Positions 32,117-43,227 of a stretch of DNA of 64,000 bases are shown here, piece by piece. Positions within the stretch are counted from its first letter, which is position 1, and each line of letters opens with the position of its first letter. The position numbers were made by a program, and so were the translations under genes. The notes beneath the pieces were generated by a model, which was given only the letters and a program-made list of their open reading frames with translations, made no database searches and was not told the origin of the DNA. The stretch covers positions 256,001 through 320,000 of the forward strand of contig CAVVOB010000028.1 of the NCBI GenBank assembly GCA_963749655.1, in the 5' to 3' direction. This DNA is from Nitrospirota bacterium (lineage in GTDB: Bacteria > Nitrospirota > UBA9217).

Positions 32117-33136
32117 ATGAATTCACGAGAACGCGTGCTGAAGCTCTTCGCCGGCGAGGAAGTGGACCGGCCGCCCTGCTTCAGCGGCATGGGCAACGTG
32201 ACCACCGAAGGCCTGAAATCGCTGAACCAGAAGTTTGCGGCTACTCATCTGGACGCGAAGATGATGGCCGGGGCTGCGGCCTCGACCTACAAACTCTTTG
32301 GGTTCGAGTGCGGCGTGGCGCCCTTCGACCTCTGCATTGAGGCCGAAGCCCTGGGGTGCGAGATCAACGTCTATGCCCATTCCGAGGACCTGCTGTACCC
32401 CACGATCAAGAAAAAGCTCATCCACAGCGAAGCGGAGATGGAGATTGCCGTTCCCGCGGACTTCACGAAGCGCGGACGGGTGCCGCTCATGGTCGAGGCA
32501 CTCGGGCTCCTCAAGAAGGACATCGGCGGAAGCGCCGCCGTCGGCACCTACGTGCTCGGACCCTTCACGCTCGCGGGGCAGGTGATGGAACTGAACGACC
32601 TGCTGAAGCTGTCCTTCAAGAAGCCCGACAAGGTCGGCAAGCTGCTCGATACGCTCACCGGCGCCATCATCCAGACCGCGCGGGAATACCAGAAAGCCGG
32701 CGTCGACTACATCACGGTCCGCGAGATGGGGGCCACCTCGGACGTGCTTTCCCCCCGGGTGTTCAAGAGCCTGATCCTGCCCTATCTTAAGAAGATCTTC
32801 GAGGCCATTACCGTGCCAAGCGTGCTTCACATCTGCGGCAAGACGAACGACATCGTGCCGGCCATGGTCGAGAGCGGGGCCAAGGCGATCAGCGTGGACC
32901 AGAAGAACGATCTCGCTGAAACGCGCAAGAAACTCGGACCCAAGGCGCTCGTGTTCGGGAACTACGATCCCTACAATGTGCTGGTCGCCGGCACGCCGGA
33001 CCTGGTGCGCCAGACGATCAAAAAATGCATGGACGACGGTGCGAGCGCGGTTTGGCCCGGGTGCGACATCTGGCCCACGGTGCCGGCGGACAATTTCAAG
33101 GCAATGATGGATGAAGTCAACAATTACAGGAGGTAA
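32117..33136 (+). CDS. MtaA/CmuA-family methylcobamide:CoM-type methyltransferase, copy 2
   Basis: MNSRERVL, PFDLCIEAEALG, GRVP, GPFTLA, LHICG, PGCDI. Confidence 0.88.
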   Translation: MNSRERVLKLFAGEEVDRPPCFSGMGNVTTEGLKSLNQKFAATHLDAKMMAGAAASTYKLFGFECGVAPFDLCIEAEALGCEINVYAHSEDLLYPTIKKKLIHSEAEMEIAVPADFTKRGRVPLMVEALGLLKKDIGGSAAVGTYVLGPFTLAGQVMELNDLLKLSFKKPDKVGKLLDTLTGAIIQTAREYQKAGVDYITVREMGATSDVLSPRVFKSLILPYLKKIFEAITVPSVLHICGKTNDIVPAMVESGAKAISVDQKNDLAETRKKLGPKALVFGNYDPYNVLVAGTPDLVRQTIKKCMDDGASAVWPGCDIWPTVPADNFKAMMDEVNNYRR

Positions 33137-33140
33137 TCCG

Positions 33141-33829
<689 letters not shown>

Positions 33830-33833
<4 letters not shown>

Positions 33834-34495
33834 AAGAGGACCTGCGGAGCGAACTCCTGGAGCACGGCGCCGCGCTCGTGGGCATTGCCGGCCTGCGCGG
33901 CTACCTGAGCGGCGAGATAAGCCACCTGGACCGGGCGGTCTCCATTGCCGTCGACCGGCGGCTGAACGAAGACACCGTCGTCATCCTGGTGAAGCTCCAG
34001 AAGCGCGCGGTGCGCTTTCTCAAGTCCCGGGGGTACCGGACGCTGGCCATCCCGCCGGACTCGGACAGGAAGAAGAACACATTCATCTCGAAGCTCTACT
34101 CCCTGTTCAACCACAAGATGGCCGCCACGTCGGCGGGCCTGGGCTGGATCGGGAAGAACGGGCTCCTGATCAACCCTGAATACGGCCCGCGCCTGACGCT
34201 CGCTACGGTGCTGACCGATGCGCCGCTCGGGCCGGACCGCCCCGTAGAGCAATGCCTCTGCGGTCTGTGCACGCTCTGCAGGGACCACTGCCCTTCCCGG
34301 GCGATCACCGGCGCGGAGTGGTCCCGCACCAGACCCTTCACCGAACTGGTGAAGCTGTCGGAATGCAGGAGCCACAAGACGACAAAGAGGAAGACCGAGG
34401 GAAAGCCGAATTGCGGGTTATGCATCAACATTTGTCCCTTTGGGAGAAAAGAAGTAAATGCGGAATTCACCCTGCACGCACGCAAGCACTCGTAA
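33830..34495 (+). CDS. QueG-like 4Fe-4S dicluster protein
   Basis: HKMAA..AGLGWIGKN.LLI.PEYGPR, CGLCTLCRDHCP, CGLCINICP. Confidence 0.8.
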
Positions 34496-34630
34496 ACGCA
34501 GGGCACAAGCGGAATGCGGAAAAGCAAGATGTCATTTCCGCGAAGGCGGGAATCCGGGGTTTTCCTGATCTTCATCCGTGTCCATCAGTGTTCATCCGTG
34601 GTTTCATAAGTCCATTCTTGGAGGAATTGC

Positions 34631-36616
34631 ATGTCGAAGAAACACAAAGTCATATTCCAGCCCTCGGGCAGACGCGGCGAGGTTGAAGAGGGGCAGACCC
34701 TGCTCCAGGCCGCGCAGTCCCTGGGCGTTGATATCGAAGCGCTCTGCGGGAACAAGAAGGTCTGCGGCAAATGCAAGGTCCGCATCGAGGAAGGCTATTT
34801 CGAGAAGGACAACATCGACTCAGGCATGGCCCACATCTTCCCGCCCGTGCCGTCGCCCGATGAGATGAAGCACATCAAGCCCCAGGACGGGCCGGGGATC
34901 AGGCTCGCGTGCCAATGCGAGGTCCGGGGCGACGTGAAGGTCTTCGTGCCCGAACGTTCGCGGGCCGGCAAGCAGGTCGTCCGGAAGGCGGCCAAGGAGC
35001 TCACGATCAAGCTCGACCCCGCAGTCAAGAAATACAATGTCGCGCTCACAAAACCCTCCCTGCACGATATGACGACAGGAGACTGGGAGCGCGTGCTCAA
35101 GTCCCTGGAAGACAACTACGGCCTGAAGGGCCTGACCTTCGACTACCTCGTCTTGAAAGACCTCCAGGACACCCTGCGGAAGGGCGAATGGAATGCAACA
35201 GCCACGGTCTGGATGGACAAGGAGATCGTCAAGATCGAGCCGGGATTCGTCGAAGCAAGCTACGGCCTGGCCGTGGACATCGGCACCACCACCTGCGTGG
35301 GCTACCTCACGGACCTGAACACGGGCAAGGTGGTGAACACCGAATCCATGATGAATCCCCAGGTGCCCTACGGCGAGGACGTGATGTCGCGAATCACCTA
35401 CGCCATGAGCAATCCCGGCGTGGGCCTGGACACCATGCAGAAGGCGATCATCGAGGGCTTGAACGAGATCATCGAACGGGTTGTGACGGAAATCAATAAA
35501 AACGGTCCCCATCCCGGGTACGTCATCGACGACCTCACCATCGTGTTCAACACGGCCATGCACCATATCTTCCTGGGCCTGAATCCGGAGTACATCGGCC
35601 GATCGCCCTTCATTCCCGCGGTCCAGAACTCGCTGGACATCAAGGCACGCGACCTGGGCATCAGAATCAATCCCTCGGCCTACATCCATGTGCTTCCCAT
35701 CGAGGCCGGCTTCGTAGGCGCGGACAACGTCGGCGTCCTGATCGCCGAGGAACCCTACAACCAGGACGAGAACGTGCTGATCATCGATATCGGCACGAAC
35801 GGCGAGCTCCTCCTGGGCAACCGGAACAAGGTCTGCTCCACGTCCTGCGCAACGGGGCCCGCCTTCGAAGGCGCACAGATCAAGTTCGGCATGCGCGCGG
35901 CGCCGGGAGCCATCGAGACCGTGGAGATCGACCCCGTGACCAAGGACCCCCGCTACAAGGTCATCGGCAAAGCCGACTGGTCCTCCCATATCGAGAAAAT
36001 GAACGTCAAGGGCCTCTGCGGGTCCGCCATCATCCAGGTCGTGGCCGAAATGTTCAAGGCCGGCATCATCGACAAGTCCGGACGGTTCGTGCCGGACCTG
36101 GGCACTCCGCGGGTCCGAAGGGACGCTGACGGTAAGCCCGAATACGTGCTTGCCTGGGCAAGCGAGACCTCCATCGGCCAGGACGTGACCATCACCCAGG
36201 GCGACGTGCGCGCCCTCCAGCTGGCCAAAGGCGCTCTCTATACCGGGGCCAAGCTCATGATGAAACGGCTGGGCATAACCACCCTCGACAAGGTGATCCT
36301 GGCAGGCGCTTTCGGGAGCCACATCGACCGTGAGGCGTCGCTCCTGCTGGGTATGTTCCCGGACTGCAGCATGGACAAGATCTACGCCGTGGGCAACGCC
36401 GCGGGCGACGGTTCGCGCATGGCGCTTTTGAACCGCGGGAAACGAAAGGAAGCCAACGAACGGGCCCGGTGGGTCGAGTTCGTCGAGATCGCCACGGACC
36501 CGGCCTTCGAGAAAGAGTTCATGCAGGCCATGCACATCCCGCATATGAAGGACAAGTTCCCGAACCTGAAGGCGCTGCTCGAGAAATCGAAGAGTCTTGT
36601 GGAGATAAAGGCGTGA
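34631..36616 (+). CDS. ASKHA-type ATP-dependent reductive activator of corrinoid proteins (RACE/RamA-like)
   Basis: N-terminal 2Fe-2S (CG...CGKC, RLACQ), AVDIGTTT, NPQ..GEDVMSRI, FVGAD, DIGTNGE, ATGPAFEG, LAGAFG, GNAAG. Confidence 0.93.
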   Translation: MSKKHKVIFQPSGRRGEVEEGQTLLQAAQSLGVDIEALCGNKKVCGKCKVRIEEGYFEKDNIDSGMAHIFPPVPSPDEMKHIKPQDGPGIRLACQCEVRGDVKVFVPERSRAGKQVVRKAAKELTIKLDPAVKKYNVALTKPSLHDMTTGDWERVLKSLEDNYGLKGLTFDYLVLKDLQDTLRKGEWNATATVWMDKEIVKIEPGFVEASYGLAVDIGTTTCVGYLTDLNTGKVVNTESMMNPQVPYGEDVMSRITYAMSNPGVGLDTMQKAIIEGLNEIIERVVTEINKNGPHPGYVIDDLTIVFNTAMHHIFLGLNPEYIGRSPFIPAVQNSLDIKARDLGIRINPSAYIHVLPIEAGFVGADNVGVLIAEEPYNQDENVLIIDIGTNGELLLGNRNKVCSTSCATGPAFEGAQIKFGMRAAPGAIETVEIDPVTKDPRYKVIGKADWSSHIEKMNVKGLCGSAIIQVVAEMFKAGIIDKSGRFVPDLGTPRVRRDADGKPEYVLAWASETSIGQDVTITQGDVRALQLAKGALYTGAKLMMKRLGITTLDKVILAGAFGSHIDREASLLLGMFPDCSMDKIYAVGNAAGDGSRMALLNRGKRKEANERARWVEFVEIATDPAFEKEFMQAMHIPHMKDKFPNLKALLEKSKSLVEIKA

Positions 36617-36908
36617 CACAAATGCGGAATTCGGAATGCGGAGTGCGGAATAGAAAAACAGGATTTGTAACCACGGATAAACACGGATAAGAACAAGCCC
36701 TTCACCCGGTTAAATGATTTTCACTTGTGTTCATCTGTGTGTCCGGCGCAGCCGGACCCGTGGTTGCCAAAGTCGTTCGTTATGTGTTTTAAAGGTTACC
36801 GACGGAACCCCTTCCGGCGGTAATGTGGATGCAGGGGCGGGAAGGTTGACCTTTCCCCGGGCCTTTCCGCCCCTTCTTCCTTAAACAGATCGAAAAGGAA
36901 ACAGGTTC

Positions 36909-37226
36909 ATGACAACAGTCGTCGTACACTCGGGAGCCTGCGGGTTCACGGTCACGATCACGGCAAAAAAAGGACAGGCAGGCAAGATCGTCCTTTCGCT
37001 GGACACGGACTGCGAAATGGTGAAGAAAATGCTCGCAGACATCGCGGTCCTCGACCGCTTCGCGCCGCTCGCGGGATTCACGACCAACCCCGTGCACCAG
37101 GCTGCGGCAAAACATTTGAAGCATGCGGCCTGCGCGGTCCCTTCCGGGATCCTGAAGGCGATCGAGGTGGAAGCCGGACTCAATGTTGCAAAAGACGCGA
37201 CCATCGTGTTTGTCACGGAGAAGTGA
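36909..37226 (+). CDS. Small Cys/His protein (DUF6951-like)
   Basis: V.SGACGFT, TDC, HAACAVPSGILKAIEVEAGL. Confidence 0.7.
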   Translation: MTTVVVHSGACGFTVTITAKKGQAGKIVLSLDTDCEMVKKMLADIAVLDRFAPLAGFTTNPVHQAAAKHLKHAACAVPSGILKAIEVEAGLNVAKDATIVFVTEK

Positions 37227-37337
37227 CGCTACCGGACGGTTCCCCAGTTGACGATTCGAATCCCGCTCCCTGCTCATTCTCAAGGGTTGTTCCTGTGATG
37301 TGTTATACTTTTTACAGCAAGTCAGGAATGAGGTGTC

Positions 37338-38024
37338 ATGGGAAAATTACTCGTTGTTGCCGCGTACACGGCACTCGCGGCTTTCTGGACGCGCTTTGGA
37401 ATGCACTTTCTGCTGTGGCAGCGCGCCGCGCGCCGGTCAGGAGAATCCTTCTTTCCGAAGCCGAAGCCGCGTTCAAAGGCCTGCGCGCAAACAGCGCTCG
37501 ACCTTCTGTTCTTCGGCAGGCTCCTGGTGCGGAACCCGGCCCTGTGGCTGGGAGAATGGGTGTTTCACTTCACCTTTCTTCTGGTCCTGCTCCGGCATCT
37601 TCGGTACTTCCTGAACCCGGTCCCCTCCTGGGTTTGGAGCATGCAAACGCCGGGATTGATCGCCGGGTATATTCTTCCCCTGTCCCTGCTGTACATTCTC
37701 GCTGTCCGGTTCCTGTCAAAACGGGAAAAATACTCCTCACCAGCCAACGTGTTTCTGCTGGCAGTGGTGCTGATCATCAGCACCCTGGGCGTGTTGATGC
37801 ACGGGTGGCTGAAGCCGAACCTGGTGGACGTAAAACTCTTCGTCCTCGGCCTCGCTGTCCTGAAGCCTGTCGCGGCCCCGGCAAGTCCGTGGTTCTGGGC
37901 CCACTTCCTGCTGGTCCTGGTTCTTGCGGTCTTCGTGCCCACGCACATCTTCTCCGCGCCGCTGGTGATGTGGGAGGCGAGGAAGCGGGAGCAGGCGCTG
38001 CGTTTGGTGATGCATGAAAAATAA
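37338..38024 (+). CDS. NarI/DsrM/HdrE-like membrane b-type cytochrome subunit
   Basis: About five TM helices with His pairs (VFH..LLRHLRYF; AHFLL..PTH). Confidence 0.8.
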   Translation: MGKLLVVAAYTALAAFWTRFGMHFLLWQRAARRSGESFFPKPKPRSKACAQTALDLLFFGRLLVRNPALWLGEWVFHFTFLLVLLRHLRYFLNPVPSWVWSMQTPGLIAGYILPLSLLYILAVRFLSKREKYSSPANVFLLAVVLIISTLGVLMHGWLKPNLVDVKLFVLGLAVLKPVAAPASPWFWAHFLLVLVLAVFVPTHIFSAPLVMWEARKREQALRLVMHEK

Positions 38025-38161
38025 TGAAAGAGCGAAAGATTCAAGACCCGGAGATTTACCACAGAGAGCACAGAGATAAAGCAGCTGATCTCGATTTTCT
38101 CTGTGAGTCTCTGTGGTTAATAAAGATATTAATCCGGCAATCTTGCCGACTGTATGTTTTT

Positions 38162-39365
38162 ATGAATAAGAAACGTTCATACAGCCGAGGAGCTTTCCGC
38201 GGCCCAGATCATCGAGATCGACGCCTGCACGCAGTGCGGCGAGTGCCTCAAGCACTGCCCGGTGCAGGACGTGACCGGCAATTCTACGGTGTCGCCGCCC
38301 GAGAAGATCCGCATGTTCCGGGAGTTCCTCCGCTCGACGGACGGGCTCAAGGCGCGGCTCTTCGGACCGGCTGACGCGGACAAAAAGCTCCTCGACGACT
38401 TCACGAAAGCGGTCTACGAGTGCACGACCTGCGGCGCCTGCGGCCAGAACTGCCCGGTCGGCATCTTCACCCAGCGCCTCTGGCCCATGCTCAGGAAAGA
38501 AATGGTGAAGCGGGGGCTCGGACCCCTCGGCGTCCAGGCAAACATGCCTGCCGCGATCATGAAGAGCGGCAACCCCTACGACAAGCCTGCGTCGGAGCGG
38601 TATGCGCCCTGGTTCCCGGAGCAGGTGAAAGTCGCCGAGAGATCGGAGATCGCCTACTACGCAGGATGCACCGGCGCATACGAAGCGCAGCCCATGGTCA
38701 GGGCGGACGTGCAGGTCCTCCATGCGATCAACGAGCCCTTTACCATGCTGCCCGCCGAGGAAGAGGTGTGCTGCGGCTTTCCGCTCTTCATCACCGGACA
38801 GCACGACCAGCTCAAGGACCTGGTGACGCGGCTGGTTGAAGGATACCGGAGCCGCGGCGTCAGAACGCTCGTCTGTTCCTGCCCCTGCTGCGTGAACATC
38901 ATGACCAGGGACTGGCCCCTGTTCTACGGCAGGGAGCTGCCCTTCAGGATACGGCACATCACGCAATATGTATCCGACGCGATCAGCGCGGGCAAACTCA
39001 GATTCTCGCAGGAGCTGAAGGAACGGATCATCTACCACGATCCCTGCTATCTCTCGCGCGGCGTGGGCGTTATCGAAGAACCGCGGGCCGTCCTGAGGAG
39101 CATCCCCGGTTTAACGCTCCTCGAATTCGAGCGCTCTGGCCTCAACTCCCGATGCTGCGGGTCCGGAGGGGCAGCGAGAAAGGTCTTTCACGAAAATGCC
39201 ATTGCCATGGGCAGGCTGACCATCGACGAGGCAGTAGCCAAGAAGGCTGACCGTTTGATCCTGTCCTGTCCGGCATGCTACGCCAAAGTGAACGAGGCCA
39301 TGAAAGGGCACAAGAACCAGATCCGGATCACGGACATCATGGAGCTGGTGAGCGGATTGATTTAG
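38162..39365 (+). CDS. HdrD/GlpC-like Fe-S oxidoreductase with two CCG domains; one-base indel just after the ATG
   Basis: CTQCGECLKHC and CTTCGACGQNC; YYAGC..CCG..CPCC; YHDPC..CCG..CPAC. Confidence 0.88.
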
Positions 39366-39520
39366 ATTCAGGAGCACGCTTTGCCACGAATTAACGCGAA
39401 TTTGCACGAATGGACAAAAAATAGAACCCCTGTCAGGCTTGAGGGTTGCTCTCTTCGTGCTGATGTCTTATAGAGTTGGGAAGCGGTTGATTCGAAATTG
39501 TCCGGCATTGAATTCGATCA

Positions 39521-39597
39521 GTCATTCCTGCGAAAGCAGGGATCCAGGTTCCCTCACGAAATGCCGCTGGATTCCGGGTCAAGCCCGGAATGACGGC
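39521..39597. repeat. REP-like palindromic element
   Basis: GTCATTCCTGCGAAAGCAGGGATCCAG ... CTGGATTCCGGGTCAAGCCCGGAATGAC; related half-copy at about 34531-34556. Confidence 0.8.
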
Positions 39598-39611
39598 GTG
39601 AAGAAAAGAGT

Positions 39612-40871
39612 ATGAGCCACTTTTCGATAAAATGCAGTAAGTGCGGCAAGATCCTCGAGAACGCCTTCTGCGCCTTCTGCGAGCACTGCAAGGACGCGCT
39701 TCTCGTGACGGATTATCACGACCGGCGTTTCGCTGAGCAGGACCGGCCGGGCGTCTGGCGGTTCAACTGGCTGCCGATTCATGAGGGCCCGGTGCCGCAG
39801 ACCGGACCGTTGGTGTACCGCTCGCAGGGACTTGCCGCGTCGCTCGGCCTCGAGAACCTCTTCATCGCCTTCAACGGTTACTGGCCGGAGAAGGGCGCCT
39901 TGATCGAGACCTGCACGTTCAAGGAGTTCGAGGCCGCTATCGTGCTCCAGAACGCGCGGGAGAACGGCGTCGAGGGCCTGATCGTGGCTTCGGCCGGAAA
40001 CACCGCGCGGGCCTTTGCCCACCTGTCCGCAGTCACGGGCTTCCCGATCGTTATCGTCGTGCCGCGCATGTGCATCATGGAAATGTGGTACCTGGAACGG
40101 CAGTCCGTGATCCCGACGCTTGCCGTGGCAGACGGCGACTATGCTGACTCCATCGACGTGGCAAAGCGGATCGCCATGGCTACGGGGTATCCCTTTGAAG
40201 GCGGCGTGAAGAACATTGCGAAAAGAGACGGCCTCGGCATCGTGATGCTCGAAGCGGTCTCGAAGATCGGAAGGCTGCCGGACCATTATGTCCAGGCCGT
40301 GGGCAGCGGCACCGGAGCTGTGGGCGGATGGGAGATGGCTGAGCGTTTCTTGAAAGACGGGCGATACGGTTCGCGTCTGCCGATTCTGCACCTGGGCCAA
40401 AACCTGCCTTTTGCTCCCATGCTTCATGCCTGGGAAAAAGGGAGCAGGACCCTGGCCCCTGAAGATCTTGATCCGGCGCTCATCTCCCGGATCACCACCC
40501 GCGTGCTGTCCACGCGGTATCCTGCGTACTCGGTCCAGGGCGGAGTGTACGATGCGCTCTCGGCATCGAACGGCAGGATGTACGGCGTTGAGAACGATGC
40601 GGTCTACAGCGGCATGGATCTGTTCCTCAAGACCGAAGGCATGGACATTGTTCCTGCCTCAGGCGTTGCCGTGGCAGTTCTCGAGGAAGCCCTGCGCAGG
40701 GGCGCTATCAGCAGGAGCGAAACGATTCTTCTGAACATCACCGGCGGAGGAGAAGCGAGGCTGCGGCAGGACCGGAGGACCTTCGCTGTTGTGCCGAAAT
40801 ACATCTCCAAAAACATCACTGATAAAGAGATCGAGGAGCTCTTGTGCAACAGCCTGAAGAAAAGCTCATAG
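39612..40871 (+). CDS. Cysteate synthase (PLP-dependent, threonine-synthase-like)
   Basis: GYWPEKGA.I.TCTFKE.EA, ASAGNTARAF, GDY.D.I, EGG.KN.A.RDG, YVQAVGSGTG, QNLPF.PM; closely resembles Methanosarcina cysteate synthase as recalled. Confidence 0.9.
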   Translation: MSHFSIKCSKCGKILENAFCAFCEHCKDALLVTDYHDRRFAEQDRPGVWRFNWLPIHEGPVPQTGPLVYRSQGLAASLGLENLFIAFNGYWPEKGALIETCTFKEFEAAIVLQNARENGVEGLIVASAGNTARAFAHLSAVTGFPIVIVVPRMCIMEMWYLERQSVIPTLAVADGDYADSIDVAKRIAMATGYPFEGGVKNIAKRDGLGIVMLEAVSKIGRLPDHYVQAVGSGTGAVGGWEMAERFLKDGRYGSRLPILHLGQNLPFAPMLHAWEKGSRTLAPEDLDPALISRITTRVLSTRYPAYSVQGGVYDALSASNGRMYGVENDAVYSGMDLFLKTEGMDIVPASGVAVAVLEEALRRGAISRSETILLNITGGGEARLRQDRRTFAVVPKYISKNITDKEIEELLCNSLKKSS

Positions 40872-42047
40872 CCGTTCTGAAAAAGAACAGCGTCGACTTC
40901 ACGGCGTCGCTTCCTTGCGAGAAGATCAAAACGCTCCTCGAAATGGTCGGCGGCTCTTTCCCTCATGTTCCGCTGACGCGCGAGGAGGAGGGTGTGGGCA
41001 TCTGCGCGGGTGCTGCGCTCGCGGGCAAACGGCCGGCCCTGTTCGTCCAGAGCTCGGGCCTGGGCAATATGATCAATGCCTTGCTGTCTCTCACCCAGTT
41101 TTACGAACTTCCGCTTGCGATCTTTGTGAGCAGGCGCGGTGTATACAAAGAAAAGATCGAGGCCCAGCTCCCCATGGGACAGCGGCTGGGCGGCATCCTT
41201 TCCGGCGCAGGCATCGGTTGGACCGAGATCAATACGGCAAACGACCTTGCAAAGGTAGAGCAGGAACTGCCGGAGGTGTATTCGAAAAATCTCGTTCATG
41301 CGTTTTTAATGAGCCCGGCGGTGTGGGAAGGGTCCCAGTGCGGAACGACGGAGAAACAAGGCGGAATTCGGAATTCCCGCGCACTCCGTGCATCCGCACT
41401 CGTAAACGCTGGGGACAGGTCGGAATGCGGAAGTGAAACCGCAAAAGCCGGTGCAGACTCCTCACTCCGTACTCCTCACTCCTCACTGCCGCAACTCACC
41501 CGCTACGACCTCATCAAGATCATAGCGCCCTATCTGGAGAACAACGTTGTCGTGAGCAACCTCGGCTGGCCTTCGAAAGAACTCTATGCGATCAAGCACC
41601 AGCCGTCGAACTTCTACATGCTCGGGAGCATGGGGATGGCTAACGCCTATCGGCCTGGGTATCGCGCTTTCGACGAAGAAGAAAGTTTTCGTGCTCGACG
41701 GCGACGGGAGCCTCTTGATGAATCCCGGCACGCTCGCAACAGCAGCCGGACAAGGGCCGAAAAACCTGACCATCCTCGCCATCGACAACGGCGCCTACGG
41801 GTCCACGGGAAATCAGCCCACTCTTGCCGCAAGCTGCGTCGACCTGGAGCAGGTGGCACAAGGGTTCGGGATCAGGAATACAGTGAAGGTTTCGGAAGAG
41901 AAAGAAATCAACGAAGCGATGAAACAGCAACGGTCAGGATTTACCTTCATTCACATTCTGGCGGTGCCGGGGAACAAGGACGTGCCGAACATTCCGGTTC
42001 ACCACCTGGAAATCAAGAAGCAGGTGCAGGAGTTCTTGCGGGGTTAA
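40844..42047 (+). CDS. comDE: Fused sulfopyruvate decarboxylase ComD-ComE (TPP); frameshift at about 41640
   Basis: LPC, LTREEEGVGICAGA, QSSGLGN.INAL.SL, AQLPMG (alpha); SNLG.PSKEL, NFYMLGSMG, DGDGSLLMN, DNGAYGSTGNQ (beta). Confidence 0.88.
41361..41432 (+). repeat. 72-bp dispersed element, in frame inside comDE
   Basis: Three mismatches to 60246-60317 by eye; diverged copy at 34460-34521. Confidence 0.9.
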
Positions 42048-42099
42048 TAAAGCAGACCGTTAGCAGACTGCTTCGCTGTTGTCGAAAGTCATCGCGGCA

Positions 42100-42510
42100 T
42101 CACTCATTGGCTGTGACCATCAGCCGTTCCCTGTCCTTGAACAGCATATTGCATTTATTGTTCAGCAGATTTACCACGACGCCCTTGCCGAAGGTCTCGT
42201 GATTGACAATGTCACCGACCCGGTATTTCGAAGCCCTGCTGTAATCGCGCTCTTTTCCCTTCGCCTCTGCAAGACTGGCTGCCCAGACGAGCTCCGCTGT
42301 CGCCGCTTCGTCGACGACTTTTTTAGCCCTTGCCTTATGGACCTTCTGAGCGTCAATCTGAACCCTGAATTTGTGCATACTGCCGCAGGTCTTGCATCTC
42401 ACTTTTACGATCGTCTCTCTAGCCATCATCATGATGGTATGATCGCTGTTCGCCTTGCACTTCCCGCAATAGGAATCGATGTTTTGACCAGAATTAAATT
42501 TCTCCACCAT
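42100..42510 (-). CDS. Conserved hypothetical protein with two CxxC pairs
   Basis: CGKCK..HTI, VRCKTCGS.H, Y.VGD.V.H..FG.GVV. Confidence 0.7.
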   Translation of the reverse strand: MVEKFNSGQNIDSYCGKCKANSDHTIMMMARETIVKVRCKTCGSMHKFRVQIDAQKVHKARAKKVVDEAATAELVWAASLAEAKGKERDYSRASKYRVGDIVNHETFGKGVVVNLLNNKCNMLFKDRERLMVTANE

Positions 42511-42717
42511 ACCGGCTCTCCCTGTAATGCCAAAATTTGCATAAAGAGGCTTCTGTGGGACAGTGGCAGCATACACCCTGTGGTCTGGAAAAGCTGTACC
42601 TCTTTTTACGATAATGCAAGGCAAAGGGAAGGAAGGGGCGACGTCGCAATCCAAGAGTGTATTATATTGAACGCGCGCGTGAGGAGCGTGCTTTTCGCGA
42701 CTCACTCGACGCGCTCG

Positions 42718-43227
42718 TTAATTTCTAATTTCAACTAAAACATCTTGCGGGAAGTTCATCTGATATGACCCAAACTCCACAGCTTTGACTCTTTCCCGTC
42801 CAACCTCAAGCTCGACGGTTTCAATTTGGCCACTGTACATATGCACGAACACAAAGAGACTTTTCGGTGTGTTTGCGACTGATGCTGTTAACCAATTTAG
42901 AAAATCGTCACGGAAGCCCTCACGTCTCACCTTCATGTTCTTTTCGTGATCGTCCAGCGCTCTTTGAATTTTGCTTTCAGACCAGTTCTTTTTCTTATAT
43001 TTATGCCGAAGTGCTTCTTTTGCTCTTTTTTCTTCGCCCGGTCTAGCAGGCGCGTAAAGATCACAAGAACACATTGCCGTAATAATGGCGAGGGAATCAT
43101 AATCTTTTGGCAAAAGGTTGGTAATGGCCTGATTAGTAATCCTAAGTGGCTGCAATCCCTTGGGCAACACCGCTAGAATCGAATTTGCCGTCGTTTTAGG
43201 AAATGCGACTGTAATGTAATAGCACAT
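42718..43227 (-). CDS. Hypothetical protein (AT-richer DNA)
   Basis: 169-aa ORF with RBS-like AAGGAAG; MCSCDLY. Confidence 0.6.
   Translation of the reverse strand: MCYYITVAFPKTTANSILAVLPKGLQPLRITNQAITNLLPKDYDSLAIITAMCSCDLYAPARPGEEKRAKEALRHKYKKKNWSESKIQRALDDHEKNMKVRREGFRDDFLNWLTASVANTPKSLFVFVHMYSGQIETVELEVGRERVKAVEFGSYQMNFPQDVLVEIRN

Noticed and set aside
34820-36619. Long antisense ORFs (also 60372-62237, 19025-20542, 20539-22020, 55072-56499)
   Set aside because: Shadows of well-supported high-GC genes on the opposite strand, with no recognisable motifs.
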